Assembly (NCBI GenBank): GCA_963697335.1
Contig: CAVONQ010000004.1
Location: forward strand, 8,747 to 72,746
Reading direction: 5' to 3'
DNA: 64,000 nt
Origin: an uncultured cyanobacterium
GTDB lineage: Bacteria > Cyanobacteriota > Cyanobacteriia > PCC-6307 > Cyanobiaceae
The notes under the pieces: model-generated
The model's database searches: none
What the model was told of the DNA's origin: nothing
Seen by the model: only the letters and a program-made list of their open reading frames with translations
Position numbers and translations under genes: made by a program
Part shown: positions 44,001-54,596 of the stretch, piece after piece
Layout: every line of letters begins with the position of its first letter
How positions within the stretch are numbered: the stretch's first letter is position 1

Positions 44001-45334
44001 GCGCTGCGCAGTCGCTCCAGGCGCAGCTGCTCACCGTTCCAGCGCAGCAGTCCGTCCCAGGGGCCGATCACGGGGTTGCTGGCCTGGCTCAGGGCAGCCT
44101 CCACCTGGGGCCTGGGCCAGCTGCCGCGCACCTCAAGCTGGCCCCGCAGCGCGTCGCCCAGCAGCCCCTCTGGGGTGCCCTGGGCCTGGGGCAGCTCGCC
44201 CGGCAGCAATTGCCAGGAGCCATCGAGCTTCAGGCGTTTCCCCAGCTGGCCCCGCACCCGCAACCAGGAGTTACGGCGCCGCACCTCCAGGGTGTCGAGG
44301 GCGAGTTGCTGACGCTGCCAGCGGGCCTGGAGGCCCACCCGGCCATCGAAGTCACCCCAGCGCCAGGTGGTGGCCGGCAGCGAGATCAGCTGGCCGTTGC
44401 AGCGCAACCGGGGATCCCTGAGGCTGAGTGGCGGGTTGGAACCGGGGGCCTGCCACTGCACCCGTTGCAGCCGCAGCTCCCCCTGGCAGTCGGGCCCCCC
44501 ATCCCGCCAGGAGAACGTGACTCGCCCGCTGCCATCACCCTTGAGGGAGCCCGGCAGCCCCAGGAACTGGGCGGGGAGCTGCAGGGGGAAGCCCTGGCTC
44601 AGCAGCTGGGCCTTGGCGCTCTGCTTGCCCCAATTGCCCTCCGCCACCAGCCGCAGGCTGCCGTCTCGGCTGGCACCAGGGCGGACGGGCCGTACCAGCG
44701 CCTGCACCTTGATTGTCTCAAGGTGCAGCTTCAGGTCGGCACGGCCCTCCACCTGCAGGCTCACGCCAGCGGGGGCGATGTTCACCTGGGCGGGCTGCTC
44801 CAGCCGCAGCCGCAGGTCCAGCCGCGGCGGTACGGCCTCGGGATCCCCAGGTGGCAGCACCCAGTAGTGCCCCTGGGCATTGCGGCGCAGGTTGACCTCC
44901 AGACCGACAAGCCCGAGCTGGAGCACCGGCCGGCGCAGCCGCAGGCTGGCCAGGGGGTCCAGGCTGAGCGAGAGCTGGCGCGCGTCCAGGGTGGAGGCGT
45001 CGTCAGGGCCGGGCAGCACCCGGCTGGGGCCCAGCGTCAACCCCGACCAGCCCAGGCCGCGATAGGGACCCAGCTGGATGGGGTGGCCCAGGGCGCGACC
45101 AAGGGTCGACTCCAACCGGGGCTGGAAGCGCCGGTAGAGCCCTGAAAGCAGAACATCGGATGTGCCGATGACCGCCCCGGTGGCCACGATCGTGGCCACG
45201 GCAGCGAGCGCCAGGGGAACGGGCCGCTCCAACCGCAGAGGCCGCCTGCCGACGGGCTGATCGGCTCCGTCCTGGGCTCCGTCTGCCGGTTCCGAATGCT
45301 TGTCCCCAGGGCTCTGATCCGGCACCTCCGCCAT
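41033..45334 (-). CDS. tamB: translocation/assembly module TamB domain protein
   Basis: About 1430 aa, one N-terminal TM, beta-rich repeats, DUF490-like C-terminus (L.SSPPL, terminal LRF); ATG 45334 chosen. Confidence 0.85.
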   Translation of the reverse strand: MAEVPDQSPGDKHSEPADGAQDGADQPVGRRPLRLERPVPLALAAVATIVATGAVIGTSDVLLSGLYRRFQPRLESTLGRALGHPIQLGPYRGLGWSGLTLGPSRVLPGPDDASTLDARQLSLSLDPLASLRLRRPVLQLGLVGLEVNLRRNAQGHYWVLPPGDPEAVPPRLDLRLRLEQPAQVNIAPAGVSLQVEGRADLKLHLETIKVQALVRPVRPGASRDGSLRLVAEGNWGKQSAKAQLLSQGFPLQLPAQFLGLPGSLKGDGSGRVTFSWRDGGPDCQGELRLQRVQWQAPGSNPPLSLRDPRLRCNGQLISLPATTWRWGDFDGRVGLQARWQRQQLALDTLEVRRRNSWLRVRGQLGKRLKLDGSWQLLPGELPQAQGTPEGLLGDALRGQLEVRGSWPRPQVEAALSQASNPVIGPWDGLLRWNGEQLRLERLRSAHLTASGNLPLRFSPGQPVRPGLLDLRLAINDFPLPQLSAAVGTNLEGVLNASGSIRGPLTALTPDFALTVSSPGAGPLRVSETWSGDWFGKAEGGGRLAMRAVGTPQPASLEASLNRRWVPESLLLRRSDGSLALRGSPRLYRWTADAFPLDGLMLTLGPRSQRQPLQGALTGGGELELQPLAFSGQARLDRPVLLGVWAQEASISGRYTERRYQARVDVVPLSGGGVAVDWNGRWKGPFRATITGRELRDPLVRQLLEAWPLWQGEGQLAGGSASDLGTFLIDTLGGSIDGQLAALELASTALQGARRDPLSGLTVAQRLEKLAGRFDLDATLTGPRLVDTRADLSLRAHLWFPGQDQDQALTSEPVRVTLQGPFRMGQGQLSLTGLPLALVALLTPVPESLRGRIAAQGRYRLGGADPELSLDFALEDGALGETPLLLERGAVAVAADLLNVDLALRAEGAESNIELAGQVPLNPATQGLELRLASRDDGLRFLTELARPEVEWKEGGGDLQLLMRGSLDRPIANGFLRFRDAALTLVGQKVDNLQATVLFDFEQLFLQEFSARVAEKGSISGSGSLGLLEPAVMEDGQPSQLNLELKDVPVALPRVKAVAAGSLLVSGSLAALDIGGDLSVSKGSINVQPEGPAATDAGDSTTTVSREALQNWDFSTALDLLGPGVESRASANLRELLPAASVIGFDDLRLSLGPDLMVVVPNLASFASEGVLRINGRLDTSLEARGVVRLKRGRLTLFTTTFSLDPDAPNVAVFTPSAGLIPFVDVALRTRVSDTLQVGGLGSGSLGPSLAQIESQGGAGTLDQLNLVRVFLSVSGPADRLADTIVLRSSPPLPQDRLLALIGGNSLAGLTGGGAGAALATVVGQTLLAPLLGSLSDAFDQRLSFALYPAYVNPTLGSRSERRSQQVPPQLVLGAEIGLDINERFSASVLAAPNRSDVAPQLNLNYKATDLINLQGSVDTQGAWQGQLQVFLRF

Positions 45335-45401
45335 TCCCCCGGGGATGCCATCGCGCTGTGCCGGCGCAATATAACGGCGTTGCCCAGCCCCCCCCAGCCC
45401 C

Positions 45402-45872
45402 ATGCCCACCGACCCGATCCTGTTCAGCGCGGGGGAGTGGCTCGGCGCCGCCAGTGGGGTTCTGGCCCTGCTGACCATCGCCGGCTTCCTGCAGCGCTGG
45501 GGCATCCGCTTCCGCCTGGTGGGCATCACCAGCTTCACCGCGTTGCTGGCGCTCTCCTGCCTGGCCTTCGCGATCAGCTATCGCCCCCGGGTGACCGTGC
45601 CGGGGGCCCTGTCCGTGCCGGTGGTCTACGACAACGGCGGTGATCTGGTGATCGCCACCGCCGCCGCGGACTTCCCCCTGGAGGCGGCGCTGCCGAGCGT
45701 GGAGCAGGTGGCCCTGAACCTGCGCAACAGCGGTCGCAGCACCCCCACGGGGCTGGTGCACGTGCGGCTGCGGCGGATCGAGGCGATCGGCCCCGGGCTG
45801 AACGCGCCGGTGGTGCTGGCGGAAGCCACGCGCGACCTCAACACCGGAACGGTGGAGATCGACCCTGGCTGA
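45402..45872 (+). CDS. ycf51: Ycf51 family protein
   Basis: WGIRFRLVGITSF, VVYDNG, NLR..GR, VRLR. Confidence 0.85.
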   Translation: MPTDPILFSAGEWLGAASGVLALLTIAGFLQRWGIRFRLVGITSFTALLALSCLAFAISYRPRVTVPGALSVPVVYDNGGDLVIATAAADFPLEAALPSVEQVALNLRNSGRSTPTGLVHVRLRRIEAIGPGLNAPVVLAEATRDLNTGTVEIDPG

Positions 45873-46287
45873 ATTCGACGCCAGCCTCCAGGGGGAGCCC
45901 CGCTGGAACCTGCCGGCCCACTTCGCCCGGGAGGAGCGCCAGCTCACGGCCGCCGGCATCGCAAGCTGGTCAGGACTGGCCGGCCTCGACGACGGCGCCC
46001 TGAGGCGACTGGGCCGGGCCGGGGGGGCCAGTGAGGCGCGGCTGGTCCGCCTGCGCGGCCAGGCCCGACTGGTGATCGACGTAGGCCTGGAGCCCTCCGA
46101 AGCCGCCCTGCTGCTGCACGCCGGCGTGCCCGATCGGTGCGCCCTGGCCGAGGCCGACCCCCAGCGACTGCTGGTGCAGATGGGCCGCCTGCAACGCAGC
46201 CTCACCGGCCTGGCAGCCCCGATGCTGAGCCTGGCCAGGCTGCGGCAGTGGATCCAGCGGGCCCGCGATCGCCGCACCAGAAACTGA
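45865..46287 (+). CDS. DUF4332 domain protein, probable CTG start
   Basis: Frame open from CTG 45865: LPAHFAREERQL.AAGIASW..LA.LDD...LRGQARL, AALLLHAG, QWIQRA. Confidence 0.72.
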   Translation: MAEFDASLQGEPRWNLPAHFAREERQLTAAGIASWSGLAGLDDGALRRLGRAGGASEARLVRLRGQARLVIDVGLEPSEAALLLHAGVPDRCALAEADPQRLLVQMGRLQRSLTGLAAPMLSLARLRQWIQRARDRRTRN

Positions 46288-46348
46288 CCCCAGGCAGGGG
46301 AGTGACCGCCCGACCCCCATTCAAATGGAGGGGAGCCGAGGAATCTCC

Positions 46349-46696
46349 ATGTCCATGGCCGCATCCAACTTGAACCAGCCTTTCGCCATCACCCAACGGC
46401 CTGGGCGTCGCCGTGCAGCTCCGGCCGTGGCCCTGCTGGTGGCTGCCCTGGCCCTGGGGCCGCTGCTGCTGAGCCAACCCGCCCGCAGCCAGTCCCAGCT
46501 GCTGGAGAGCGTCAAGCGCAATCCCGCCAAGGCCAAGCAGCTCTGTGCCCAGCTGCGCCAGATGAATGCTGACGGCGTGTCGTACACCAGCCGCAAGGCC
46601 ACCCAGGTGATCGCCACCCAGGAAAACCTGAGCCCCGGCGATGCCGAGGTGCTCACCACCTACGTGGTGGGCCTCCATTGCCCCGACGTGCGCTGA
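46349..46696 (+). CDS. hypothetical exported protein
   Basis: Signal-like segment; VKRNP.KAKQLC ... YVVGLHCPDV with two Cys. Confidence 0.75.
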   Translation: MSMAASNLNQPFAITQRPGRRRAAPAVALLVAALALGPLLLSQPARSQSQLLESVKRNPAKAKQLCAQLRQMNADGVSYTSRKATQVIATQENLSPGDAEVLTTYVVGLHCPDVR

Positions 46697-48397
46697 GTGG
46701 TCCCCCAGGCTGAGGGCTCCGGCCCACCCCCTCCCCGGGATCGCTGGCTCACCTGCCGAGATGGCGTGCGGCTGGTGAGCCGGATCTGGGAGCCTGAGGG
46801 AGAAGGCCCCTGGCCCGTGCTGTTGATGCGCCAGCCCTACGGCCGCGCCATCGCCTCCACGGTCACCTACGCCCACCCCCAGTGGTACGCCAGCCATGGC
46901 TTCCTGGTGGTGGTGCAGGACGTGCGGGGCCGGGGCGATTCCGAGGGGGAATTCGCCGGCTTCGCCCAGGAGGCCCGCGATGGCACGGACACCTTGCTGT
47001 GGGCCAGGCAACTCCCTGGCAGCAACGGTCGCCTCGGCTCCTATGGCTTCTCATACCAGGGAGTGTCACAGCTGCTGCTGGAAGCTGATGGCCCCCTGCC
47101 GGACTGCCTGGCCCCCGCCATGGCCGGACTCGATGAGCGCCTGCACTGGGCCAGCAGTGGCGGTGCTCACTGGTGGGCCCTCGGCCTCGGCTGGGGCCTG
47201 CAGCTGGCGGCGGAGGGCCTGCGGCGCCGCGGCGACAGCGAGGGCTGGCTCGAGATCCGCGGCGCCCTTGACACGGGCCAGTTTCTGAGCACGGGCCCCG
47301 AGCTGCTGCAGCGCCACGACCCGGGCGGCATGGCCCTGCGCTGGCTGAACAGCGATCCCGAACAGCCTGCCGCCTGGACCCACTTCAGCCCGCCCGAAGC
47401 CCTCTGGCGCCAGCCGATGCTGCTGATCGGCGGCTGGCACGACCCCCATCTCTCAGGGGTGCTGGACCTCTGGCAACAGGCCCGCCGTTGGGGCGGCCAG
47501 CCCCTGTTACGCCTCGGGGCCTGGAGCCATTTGCGCTGGGACGGAGGCCTCGATGCGCTGCAACTCCGCTTTTTCCGCCACCACCTCCAGGACGTTCCCC
47601 TGGAGGTGGTGGCGGAAGAAGCGGTGGAAGCCGCCCAGGATCTGGCCCAGGCCGTGGCGGTCCAGGACAGCCGCGGTGGCCCCTGGCTGCGGAGCCAGAG
47701 CGAAGCGCCAGGTGGACCGGCCCAGGCCCCTGGGCCCTGCAGCTGGGAGCTCGGCAGTGCCGGGCTGGCTGGCGTGGACCCTCAGGAGGGCTGGCTGGCG
47801 GCCAGCGCCCCCGGCGGCGGAGTGGGCGGTGGCCGGGGCCAGCCGCGACAGCCCGTGAGCTGGGTGCACGATCCCTGGCGACCGGTGCCCGGGCGCGGTG
47901 GGCACCTGGGTCTCGATGCCGGCCTCTGCGAGCGCAGCGACCTGGATCTGCGCACCGACGTGGCCTGCTTCAGCTCCGCTCCCCTTGAGGCCCCTGGTCT
48001 GATCGCCGGCTGGCCGCGGCTGGAGCTGCAGCTGGCGGCAGATCAGGACGGTTTCGACCTCTGCGCCGCCCTTTCGGTGCTGGAGTGCAGCGGGGCGGTG
48101 CGACAGCTCTGCACCGGCGTCTTGCGCCAGCGGGGCCCCGACTGCCGCCAGGTCCGCCCCCTGACCCTGAACCTGCAGGCCCTCTGGGCCCGGCTGGAGC
48201 CGGGGGAGCGGCTGCGGCTGTCCCTGGCTGGAGCGGCCTGGCCCCAGGTGGCCGTGAACCCCGGAACGGGAGAGCAGCCCTGGGGCGGTACCGACAGCCG
48301 CCACCGCGTCATCACCTACTGGCTGGCCACGGCGGAGTGCAGGCTGACCATCGCACCCTTCGCCTGGACAGAAGCTGGGGCAAACTGTGGCCAATGA
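46697..48397 (+). CDS. CocE/NonD family hydrolase (S15)
   Basis: DGVRL, PVLLMRQPYG, QDVRGRGDSEG, GFSYQG nucleophile, GGWHD, GAWSH. Confidence 0.88.
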   Translation: MVPQAEGSGPPPPRDRWLTCRDGVRLVSRIWEPEGEGPWPVLLMRQPYGRAIASTVTYAHPQWYASHGFLVVVQDVRGRGDSEGEFAGFAQEARDGTDTLLWARQLPGSNGRLGSYGFSYQGVSQLLLEADGPLPDCLAPAMAGLDERLHWASSGGAHWWALGLGWGLQLAAEGLRRRGDSEGWLEIRGALDTGQFLSTGPELLQRHDPGGMALRWLNSDPEQPAAWTHFSPPEALWRQPMLLIGGWHDPHLSGVLDLWQQARRWGGQPLLRLGAWSHLRWDGGLDALQLRFFRHHLQDVPLEVVAEEAVEAAQDLAQAVAVQDSRGGPWLRSQSEAPGGPAQAPGPCSWELGSAGLAGVDPQEGWLAASAPGGGVGGGRGQPRQPVSWVHDPWRPVPGRGGHLGLDAGLCERSDLDLRTDVACFSSAPLEAPGLIAGWPRLELQLAADQDGFDLCAALSVLECSGAVRQLCTGVLRQRGPDCRQVRPLTLNLQALWARLEPGERLRLSLAGAAWPQVAVNPGTGEQPWGGTDSRHRVITYWLATAECRLTIAPFAWTEAGANCGQ

Positions 48398-49176
48398 TCC
48401 CAGCGCTGCCGATGCGGTTTTCCCTGCCCCTCGCTGCGGGCCTGTTGCTGCTCGCCGGCGCACCCCCCATGCTCTCCCAGCCGGCCCAGGCCCCGCAGGG
48501 CGGGGCCGCCGCTGAAGCTGGCAACGGGCTCACGGTGGAGGAGGCCCGCGCAGCGGCGAACCGGATCCTGAAGGCGGTGCAGAGCCGCGATCCCAACCTC
48601 CGCTTTGCCCAGTTCTCCGACGAGCTCAAGGCGATCAGCAGCCCCCAGATGGTGGCTGAAACCATGCGCACCCAGCCGGAGCTGCTGAGTTGGACCCTGC
48701 TCAGCGTGAGGAGTGGCCTCGAGTCCACCACCGTGGAGGCCAGTCTCACCACCAGTGACGGGGTGCAGGACCTGTTCATCGTGCTCAACCCCGAGGGTGA
48801 GCTCACCGGTTATCACGTCGACCTCACCGATGCCAAGGCCAGCCGGGTGGCGGCGGACTTTGTGCGCTCCCTGAGCCGGGGGCACTTCATCAGTGCCCGT
48901 AGTTTCCTCTCCCTTCCGCTTCAGGAGGAGCTCACCACGGCCACGCTCCAATCGCGCTGGCTGCAACTGCAGCGAAGCACCGGCAACTTCGTGCGGGTGG
49001 TGCGGGTGATCGAGGCCAGCCAATCCGAAGGCAGTCAGCTGGTGCTGGTCAACACCGAGTTCAACCGGCTCACCGACAACCTCTTCGTGATCCTCAACAG
49101 CAACAACGAGATCACCGGGGTGGATTTTCCCCAGGATCCCAACCCACCGCAGAAAGCCCCGGCTCCAGCCCGCTGA
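48394..49176 (+). CDS. DUF3887-like exported protein (two repeated units)
   Basis: Signal peptide; two similar modules ending LFIVLN..G.L.G / LFVILN...ITGVDF; ATG 48394. Confidence 0.7.
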   Translation: MIPALPMRFSLPLAAGLLLLAGAPPMLSQPAQAPQGGAAAEAGNGLTVEEARAAANRILKAVQSRDPNLRFAQFSDELKAISSPQMVAETMRTQPELLSWTLLSVRSGLESTTVEASLTTSDGVQDLFIVLNPEGELTGYHVDLTDAKASRVAADFVRSLSRGHFISARSFLSLPLQEELTTATLQSRWLQLQRSTGNFVRVVRVIEASQSEGSQLVLVNTEFNRLTDNLFVILNSNNEITGVDFPQDPNPPQKAPAPAR

Positions 49177-49246
49177 AGCCCAGCCGAACACGGGTCCTTG
49201 AGGGCGGATCGGCCGCCTAAGGTCAGATCCCCCGAGCAGTGTCTCA

Positions 49247-51559
49247 ATGGCGGTCCCCACTGTGGAGTGGATGGTCGACGATGGTCGGCGCCTGGCGGAG
49301 TGCCGCCATGACCATCCCTTTGCCGTGCTGGGCCCCCAGCCCATCGAGGGCGGCCGCTGGGTGGTGCGGGCCTGGCTGCCGGAAGCGGAGCAGGTGGGCC
49401 TGCGGAGCGGCGAGCTCAGCCTGCCGATGAGCACACCCCATCACCCCTGGGTGTTCGAGGCGGAGCTGCCCCACGACCCCGGCGCCACCTATCGGCTGCA
49501 GGTGCAGCGGGGCGGCATCAGCCACGAGGCCCACGACCCCTGGGCGTTCAGGCAGGAGTGGATGGGGGAGCTGGATCGCCACCTGTTCGCCCAGGGCAAC
49601 CACCACCACATCTGGCACCGCATGGGGGCCCATCGGCTGGAGCGGGACGGTGTCGCCGGCGTGATGTTCTGCCTCTGGGCGCCCAATGCCCGCAGCGTGG
49701 CGGTGCTGGGCCCCTTCAACAGCTGGGATGGTCGCCACCATCCGATGCAGTCGCGGCTGGGGGGCTGCTGGGAACTGTTCATCCCCGGGCTGGACACCGG
49801 CGCGATCTACAAATACGAGGTGCGCTCCCAGGCGGGCCACTGCTACCAGAAGGCAGACCCCTACGGCTTCCGCCACGAGGTGCGACCTGCCAACGCCTCG
49901 ATCGTGGAGCCGCTGGGTCACTTCCCCTGGAGCGACGGCGACTGGATGGGCCAGCGGGACAGCCGCAATCCCCTGGATCAGCCGATCTCGGTGTACGAGA
50001 TGCACCTCGGCAGCTGGATGCACGGCAGCGCCGATCAGCCCTTCCTGGAGGCGGACGGCCAGGCCAGAACGCCGATCCCTGCCGCAGACCTGAAACCGGG
50101 AGCGCGGCTGCTCACCTATCCGGAGCTGGCCGACAGGCTGATCCCCTACGTGAAGGCCCGGGGCTTCACCCACATCGAGTTGATGCCGATCTCCGAGCAT
50201 CCCTTCGATGGCTCCTGGGGCTATCAGGTGACGGGCTGGTACGCCCCCACCAGCCGCTACGGCACGCCGGATGAATTCCGCGCCTTCGTGAACCGCTGCC
50301 ATGCCGAGGGGCTGGGCGTGATTCTCGACTGGGTACCCGGCCACTTCCCCAAGGATGCCCACGGGCTGGCGTTCTTTGATGGCGCCCACCTCTACGAGCA
50401 TGCCGATCCGCGGATCGGTGAGCACAAGGAATGGGGCACCCTGATATTCAACTACAGCCGCAATGAGGTGCGCAACTTCCTCGTGGCCAACCTGATCTAT
50501 TGGTTTGAGGAGTTCCACATCGATGGCATTCGCGTTGATGCCGTGGCCTCGATGCTCTACCGCGACTATCTGCGCCCCGATGGGGAGTGGCTGGCCAACG
50601 ACCAGGGGGGACGCGAGAACACCGAAGCGGTGCTGTTCCTGCAGCAGGCCAATCATGTGCTGTTCCAGCACTTTCCCGGGGCCCTTTCCATTGCTGAGGA
50701 GTCCACAACCTGGCCCATGGTCACCCAGCCCACAGACATCGGCGGCCTCGGCTTCAACCTCAAGTGGAACATGGGCTGGATGCACGACATGCTCGATTAT
50801 TTCGAGCTGGATCCATTGCATCGTCAGTTCCACCAGAACAACGTCACGTTTTCGATCTGGTATGCCTACACCGAGAACTTCATGCTGGCCCTGAGCCATG
50901 ATGAGGTGGTGCACGGCAAGAGTCACCTGCTGCACAAGATGCCTGGTGATGACTGGCAGAAGTTCGCCAACGTGCGCGCTCTGCTCGCCTACATGTGGAC
51001 CCACCCCGGCAAGAAGACGATCTTCATGGGCATGGAGTTCGGCCAACGCTCCGAGTGGAATGTGTGGGGTGACCTGCAGTGGGATCTGCTCAACCACGCC
51101 CCCCATCAGGGCATCCAGCACCTCGTGGATGACCTCAACAGCTTCTACCGTTCGGAGCGGGCGCTCTGGGGCGACGACTTCGACGAGTACGGCTTCCAGT
51201 GGATCGATTGCAGTGACAACCGCCACTCCGTGATCAGCTTCATGCGGCGCGAGAGTGTCACCGGGCACTGGCTGGTGGTGGTGGCCAACTTCACACCCCA
51301 GAGCCACTCCCACTACCGCATCGGCGTGCCTGTGGAGGGCTTTTACAGCGAGGTGTTCAACACCGACGCCGAGCGCTACGGCGGCAGCAACCTCGGCAAC
51401 CTCGGCGGCCGCTACACCGAGGAGTGGGCCCTGCACGGATACGAGCACTCCCTGGATCTGTGCTTGCCCCCCCTGGCCGTGCTGGTGTTCCAGTGGGATG
51501 AGAAGCGCAGCCAGAGGGTCTGTGACGAACGGACCGCCGAAGCCCTGCCGGCCGCCTGA
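49247..51559 (+). CDS. glgB: 1,4-alpha-glucan branching enzyme
   Basis: [48 protein letters not shown]. Confidence 0.98.
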   Translation: MAVPTVEWMVDDGRRLAECRHDHPFAVLGPQPIEGGRWVVRAWLPEAEQVGLRSGELSLPMSTPHHPWVFEAELPHDPGATYRLQVQRGGISHEAHDPWAFRQEWMGELDRHLFAQGNHHHIWHRMGAHRLERDGVAGVMFCLWAPNARSVAVLGPFNSWDGRHHPMQSRLGGCWELFIPGLDTGAIYKYEVRSQAGHCYQKADPYGFRHEVRPANASIVEPLGHFPWSDGDWMGQRDSRNPLDQPISVYEMHLGSWMHGSADQPFLEADGQARTPIPAADLKPGARLLTYPELADRLIPYVKARGFTHIELMPISEHPFDGSWGYQVTGWYAPTSRYGTPDEFRAFVNRCHAEGLGVILDWVPGHFPKDAHGLAFFDGAHLYEHADPRIGEHKEWGTLIFNYSRNEVRNFLVANLIYWFEEFHIDGIRVDAVASMLYRDYLRPDGEWLANDQGGRENTEAVLFLQQANHVLFQHFPGALSIAEESTTWPMVTQPTDIGGLGFNLKWNMGWMHDMLDYFELDPLHRQFHQNNVTFSIWYAYTENFMLALSHDEVVHGKSHLLHKMPGDDWQKFANVRALLAYMWTHPGKKTIFMGMEFGQRSEWNVWGDLQWDLLNHAPHQGIQHLVDDLNSFYRSERALWGDDFDEYGFQWIDCSDNRHSVISFMRRESVTGHWLVVVANFTPQSHSHYRIGVPVEGFYSEVFNTDAERYGGSNLGNLGGRYTEEWALHGYEHSLDLCLPPLAVLVFQWDEKRSQRVCDERTAEALPAA

Positions 51560-51615
51560 AGCCCAGACCTGCTCAGGTAGGTTCCCTCCAAGGACCCCAC
51601 TCCACCCCTCTGCCG

Positions 51616-52674
51616 ATGGCCCCGAACGCCCCCCTGCTGCTGCGCGCCGCCCGAGGTGAGCAGGTGGAGCGACCACCAGTGTGGATGATGCGCCAGGCGG
51701 GGCGCTACATGAAGGTCTACCGCGACCTGCGCGACCGCCATCCCGGCTTCCGCGAGCGCTCGGAGAATCCCGATCTCTCCTACGAGATCTCGATGCAGCC
51801 CTACCGGGCCTTCCAGCCCGACGGGGTGATCCTGTTCTCCGACATCCTCACGCCCCTGCCCGGCATCGGCATCGACTTCGACATCATCGAGAGCAAAGGG
51901 CCCGTGATCGAGCCCGCCATCCGCAGCCAGGCCCAGGTGGATGCCCTGCGGCCCCTCAATCCTGCCGAGGCTCTGCCGTTCGTGGGCGAGGTGCTGGGCC
52001 GGCTGCGGGCTGAGGTGGGCAACGCCGCCGCCGTGCTCGGCTTCGTGGGGGCTCCCTGGACCCTGGCCGCCTACGCGGTGGAGGGCAAGAGCTCCAAGAC
52101 CTATTCAGTGATCAAGGCGATGGCCTTCCAGGAGCCGGCGCTGCTGCATCAGCTGCTGGGCCATCTGGCCGATGCCATCGCCACCTATGTGCGCTACCAG
52201 ATCGATTCCGGTGCCCAGGTGGTGCAGCTGTTCGATTCCTGGGCCGGCCAGCTCAGCCCGATCGACTACGACGTGTTCGCCGCCCCGTACCAGAAGCGGG
52301 TGATTGATCAGGTGAAGGCCACCCACCCCGACACCCCCCTGATCCTCTACATCTCCGGCAGCGCCGGCGTGCTGGAGCGCATGGCCAGCACCGGGGTCGA
52401 CTTCATCTCCCTCGACTGGACCGTGGACATGGCCGACGGCTGCGCCCGGCTGCCCGAGCACCTGGGCGTGCAGGGCAATGTGGATCCGGGCCTGCTGTTC
52501 GGCACACCGGAGGCGATCCGTGAGCGCATCCTCGACACGGTGCGCAAGGCCCGCGGCCGCCGCCACATCCTCAACCTCGGCCACGGCATCCTGCCGGGCA
52601 CCCCGGAAGACAATGCGCGCGTCTTCTTCGAAACCGGCAAGGCGGTGAGCGAGCTGCTCGGAGCTGCCGTTTGA
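51616..52674 (+). CDS. hemE: uroporphyrinogen decarboxylase
   Basis: [36 protein letters not shown]. Confidence 0.98.
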   Translation: MAPNAPLLLRAARGEQVERPPVWMMRQAGRYMKVYRDLRDRHPGFRERSENPDLSYEISMQPYRAFQPDGVILFSDILTPLPGIGIDFDIIESKGPVIEPAIRSQAQVDALRPLNPAEALPFVGEVLGRLRAEVGNAAAVLGFVGAPWTLAAYAVEGKSSKTYSVIKAMAFQEPALLHQLLGHLADAIATYVRYQIDSGAQVVQLFDSWAGQLSPIDYDVFAAPYQKRVIDQVKATHPDTPLILYISGSAGVLERMASTGVDFISLDWTVDMADGCARLPEHLGVQGNVDPGLLFGTPEAIRERILDTVRKARGRRHILNLGHGILPGTPEDNARVFFETGKAVSELLGAAV

Positions 52675-53720
52675 GGCCAGGGGTGCAACGGCCCCAACGC
52701 ATCCTGATCACCGGCGCCAGCGGCTGCGTCGGCCAGTACATCGCCGAGCTGCTCTACCGGGAGACCGACGCCGAGCTGCTGCTGCTGCTGCGCGATCCGG
52801 CCAAACTCACGGCGCTGCCCCAGGACGATCCCCGGGTGACCCTGGTGGTGGCCGACCTGCGCGAGCTGGGTAAACCAGGTCAGGAGGCCGTATCGGCCGC
52901 CATCGGCTCGGCGACCCGGATCATCCACACGGCCACGGCCTGGGGGGATCCCGAGCGGGCCCAGCGAGTCAACGTGGAGGCCGTCAAGATCCTGCTCAAC
53001 CTCACCGATTCGGAGCGGCTGGAGCAGGTGATCTATTTCTCCACCGCCTCGCTGCTGGATCGCCGCCTGCACCTGCTGCCCGAGGCGAGCCGCTACGGCA
53101 CCGAGTACATCCAGACCAAGGCCCTCTGCCTGCAGCAGTTGGAGCACCACCCCCTGGCGAGTCGCATCGTGGCGGTGTTTCCCACCCTGGTGTTCGGTGG
53201 GCGGGTCGATGGGAGCGGCCCCTTCCCCACCAGCTACCTCACCGCCGGCCTGGGGGAGGCGGCCCGCTGGCTGTGGCTGGCCCGCTGGCTGCGGGCTGAC
53301 GCCTCCTTCCACTTCATCCACGCGGCCGACATCGCCCGGGTGTGCGTGCACCTGGCCACCCAGCCCCACCAGGCCAACCCGGAACCGGCCCAGGGACCAC
53401 TGCGCCGTCTGGTGCTGGGCCAGCCCGCCGTGACCGTCAATGAGACCGTGCGGCAACTGGGCCGCTGGCGGGGCCGCTGGATCCCGGCCTTCGGCCTCGA
53501 CCTGCGCGGCTGGCTGGTGGAGGGCCTGATCAAGCTGCTGCGGATCGAGATGACGGCCTGGGACCGCTTTTCGATACGCCAGCGCCATTTCGTGCACCAG
53601 CCGATCAGCCCACCGGAACGCTTCGGCGAGGTCAGCCACGCGCCCACGCTGGAGGCGGTCTTCGCCGATGCGGGCCTACCGCAGCGGGGCCCGCTGCCGC
53701 CGCCGCCCAGCCGGGAGTAA
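52671..53720 (+). CDS. NAD-dependent epimerase/dehydratase
   Basis: [26 protein letters not shown]. Confidence 0.88.
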   Translation: MRPGVQRPQRILITGASGCVGQYIAELLYRETDAELLLLLRDPAKLTALPQDDPRVTLVVADLRELGKPGQEAVSAAIGSATRIIHTATAWGDPERAQRVNVEAVKILLNLTDSERLEQVIYFSTASLLDRRLHLLPEASRYGTEYIQTKALCLQQLEHHPLASRIVAVFPTLVFGGRVDGSGPFPTSYLTAGLGEAARWLWLARWLRADASFHFIHAADIARVCVHLATQPHQANPEPAQGPLRRLVLGQPAVTVNETVRQLGRWRGRWIPAFGLDLRGWLVEGLIKLLRIEMTAWDRFSIRQRHFVHQPISPPERFGEVSHAPTLEAVFADAGLPQRGPLPPPPSRE

Positions 53721-53827
53721 GGGGATGCGCTGCCATGTCGCAAATGTTTCGAAGCTCGGCGTCGCCAAGCACAGGAGCCACTGCAGCGCTTAGGTTTTTG
53801 GTTAGCCCATGCCTGATGCGCCCCTCC

Positions 53828-54169
53828 ATGCGCCGTCTCTTTTCCCTGATTGCTCTCTGCCTCGCCCTGGTGTTGGGTGCAGCCCCCAGCTATGCCGCTG
53901 ATGTCGCCCACGGCGGCCAGCTCTTCTCCGCCAACTGCGCCGCCTGCCACATGGGCGGCGGCAATGTGGTGAATGCGGAGCGCACCCTCAAGCAGGACGC
54001 CCTCCAGGCCTACCTGGCTGATTACAGCAGCGACCACGAAGCCGCCATCGCCTACCAGGTGACCAACGGCAAGAACGCCATGCCTGCCTTCGGCGGCAAG
54101 CTCAGCGAAGGCGACATCGCCGACGTGGCCGCCTACGTGGAAGACATGGCTGGCAAGGGCTGGGCCTGA
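53828..54169 (+). CDS. petJ: cytochrome c6
   Basis: Signal peptide, [17 protein letters not shown], terminal GW; ATG 53828 chosen. Confidence 0.95.
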   Translation: MRRLFSLIALCLALVLGAAPSYAADVAHGGQLFSANCAACHMGGGNVVNAERTLKQDALQAYLADYSSDHEAAIAYQVTNGKNAMPAFGGKLSEGDIADVAAYVEDMAGKGWA

Positions 54170-54219
54170 GTCCCCGGTCTTGCCAACACCGACAGGTGGG
54201 CCAACGACCTGTAGCAACC

Positions 54220-54245
54220 GCCCCGGTCAACACTGGGGCTTTTTT
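54220..54245 (+). terminator. rho-independent terminator after petJ
   Basis: GCCCCGGT-CAAC-ACTGGGGC followed by TTTTTT. Confidence 0.8.
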
Positions 54246-54294
54246 CTTGCCTTCCTGGTCGTGGTGACCTCGGCGGCAGGCTGAGGGTTCTCCA

Positions 54295-54513
54295 TCAGGA
54301 CGCAGCCGAATCCCGTTTGCGGAGCGCAAGAACGGCCAGATACAGATCCTCCGGCACCTCGCGGATGTCGTATTCACTCGGCGGCACCCCGTGCACATGG
54401 CGATGCACCGCCATCCAGCAATTGCGCTCAGGGTCGCGCCCCGTGGCGTCAAATTCCCTGGAGGCCTCCACCAGCTCGGCGATCAACTCCTGGGTGTAGG
54501 CGGGGGCGTCCAT
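54295..54513 (-). CDS. small hypothetical protein (72 aa)
   Basis: Good codon usage; CWMAVHRHVHG...EYDIRE..EDLYLAVL. Confidence 0.65.
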   Translation of the reverse strand: MDAPAYTQELIAELVEASREFDATGRDPERNCWMAVHRHVHGVPPSEYDIREVPEDLYLAVLALRKRDSAAS

Positions 54514-54596
54514 GCCGAGCTCCATCACGGGTGACTGCGGCGCCACGGTACGGGCGTCGAAACCAGGCCAGAGTAGATGCCAGTGCTGGAGCCACG

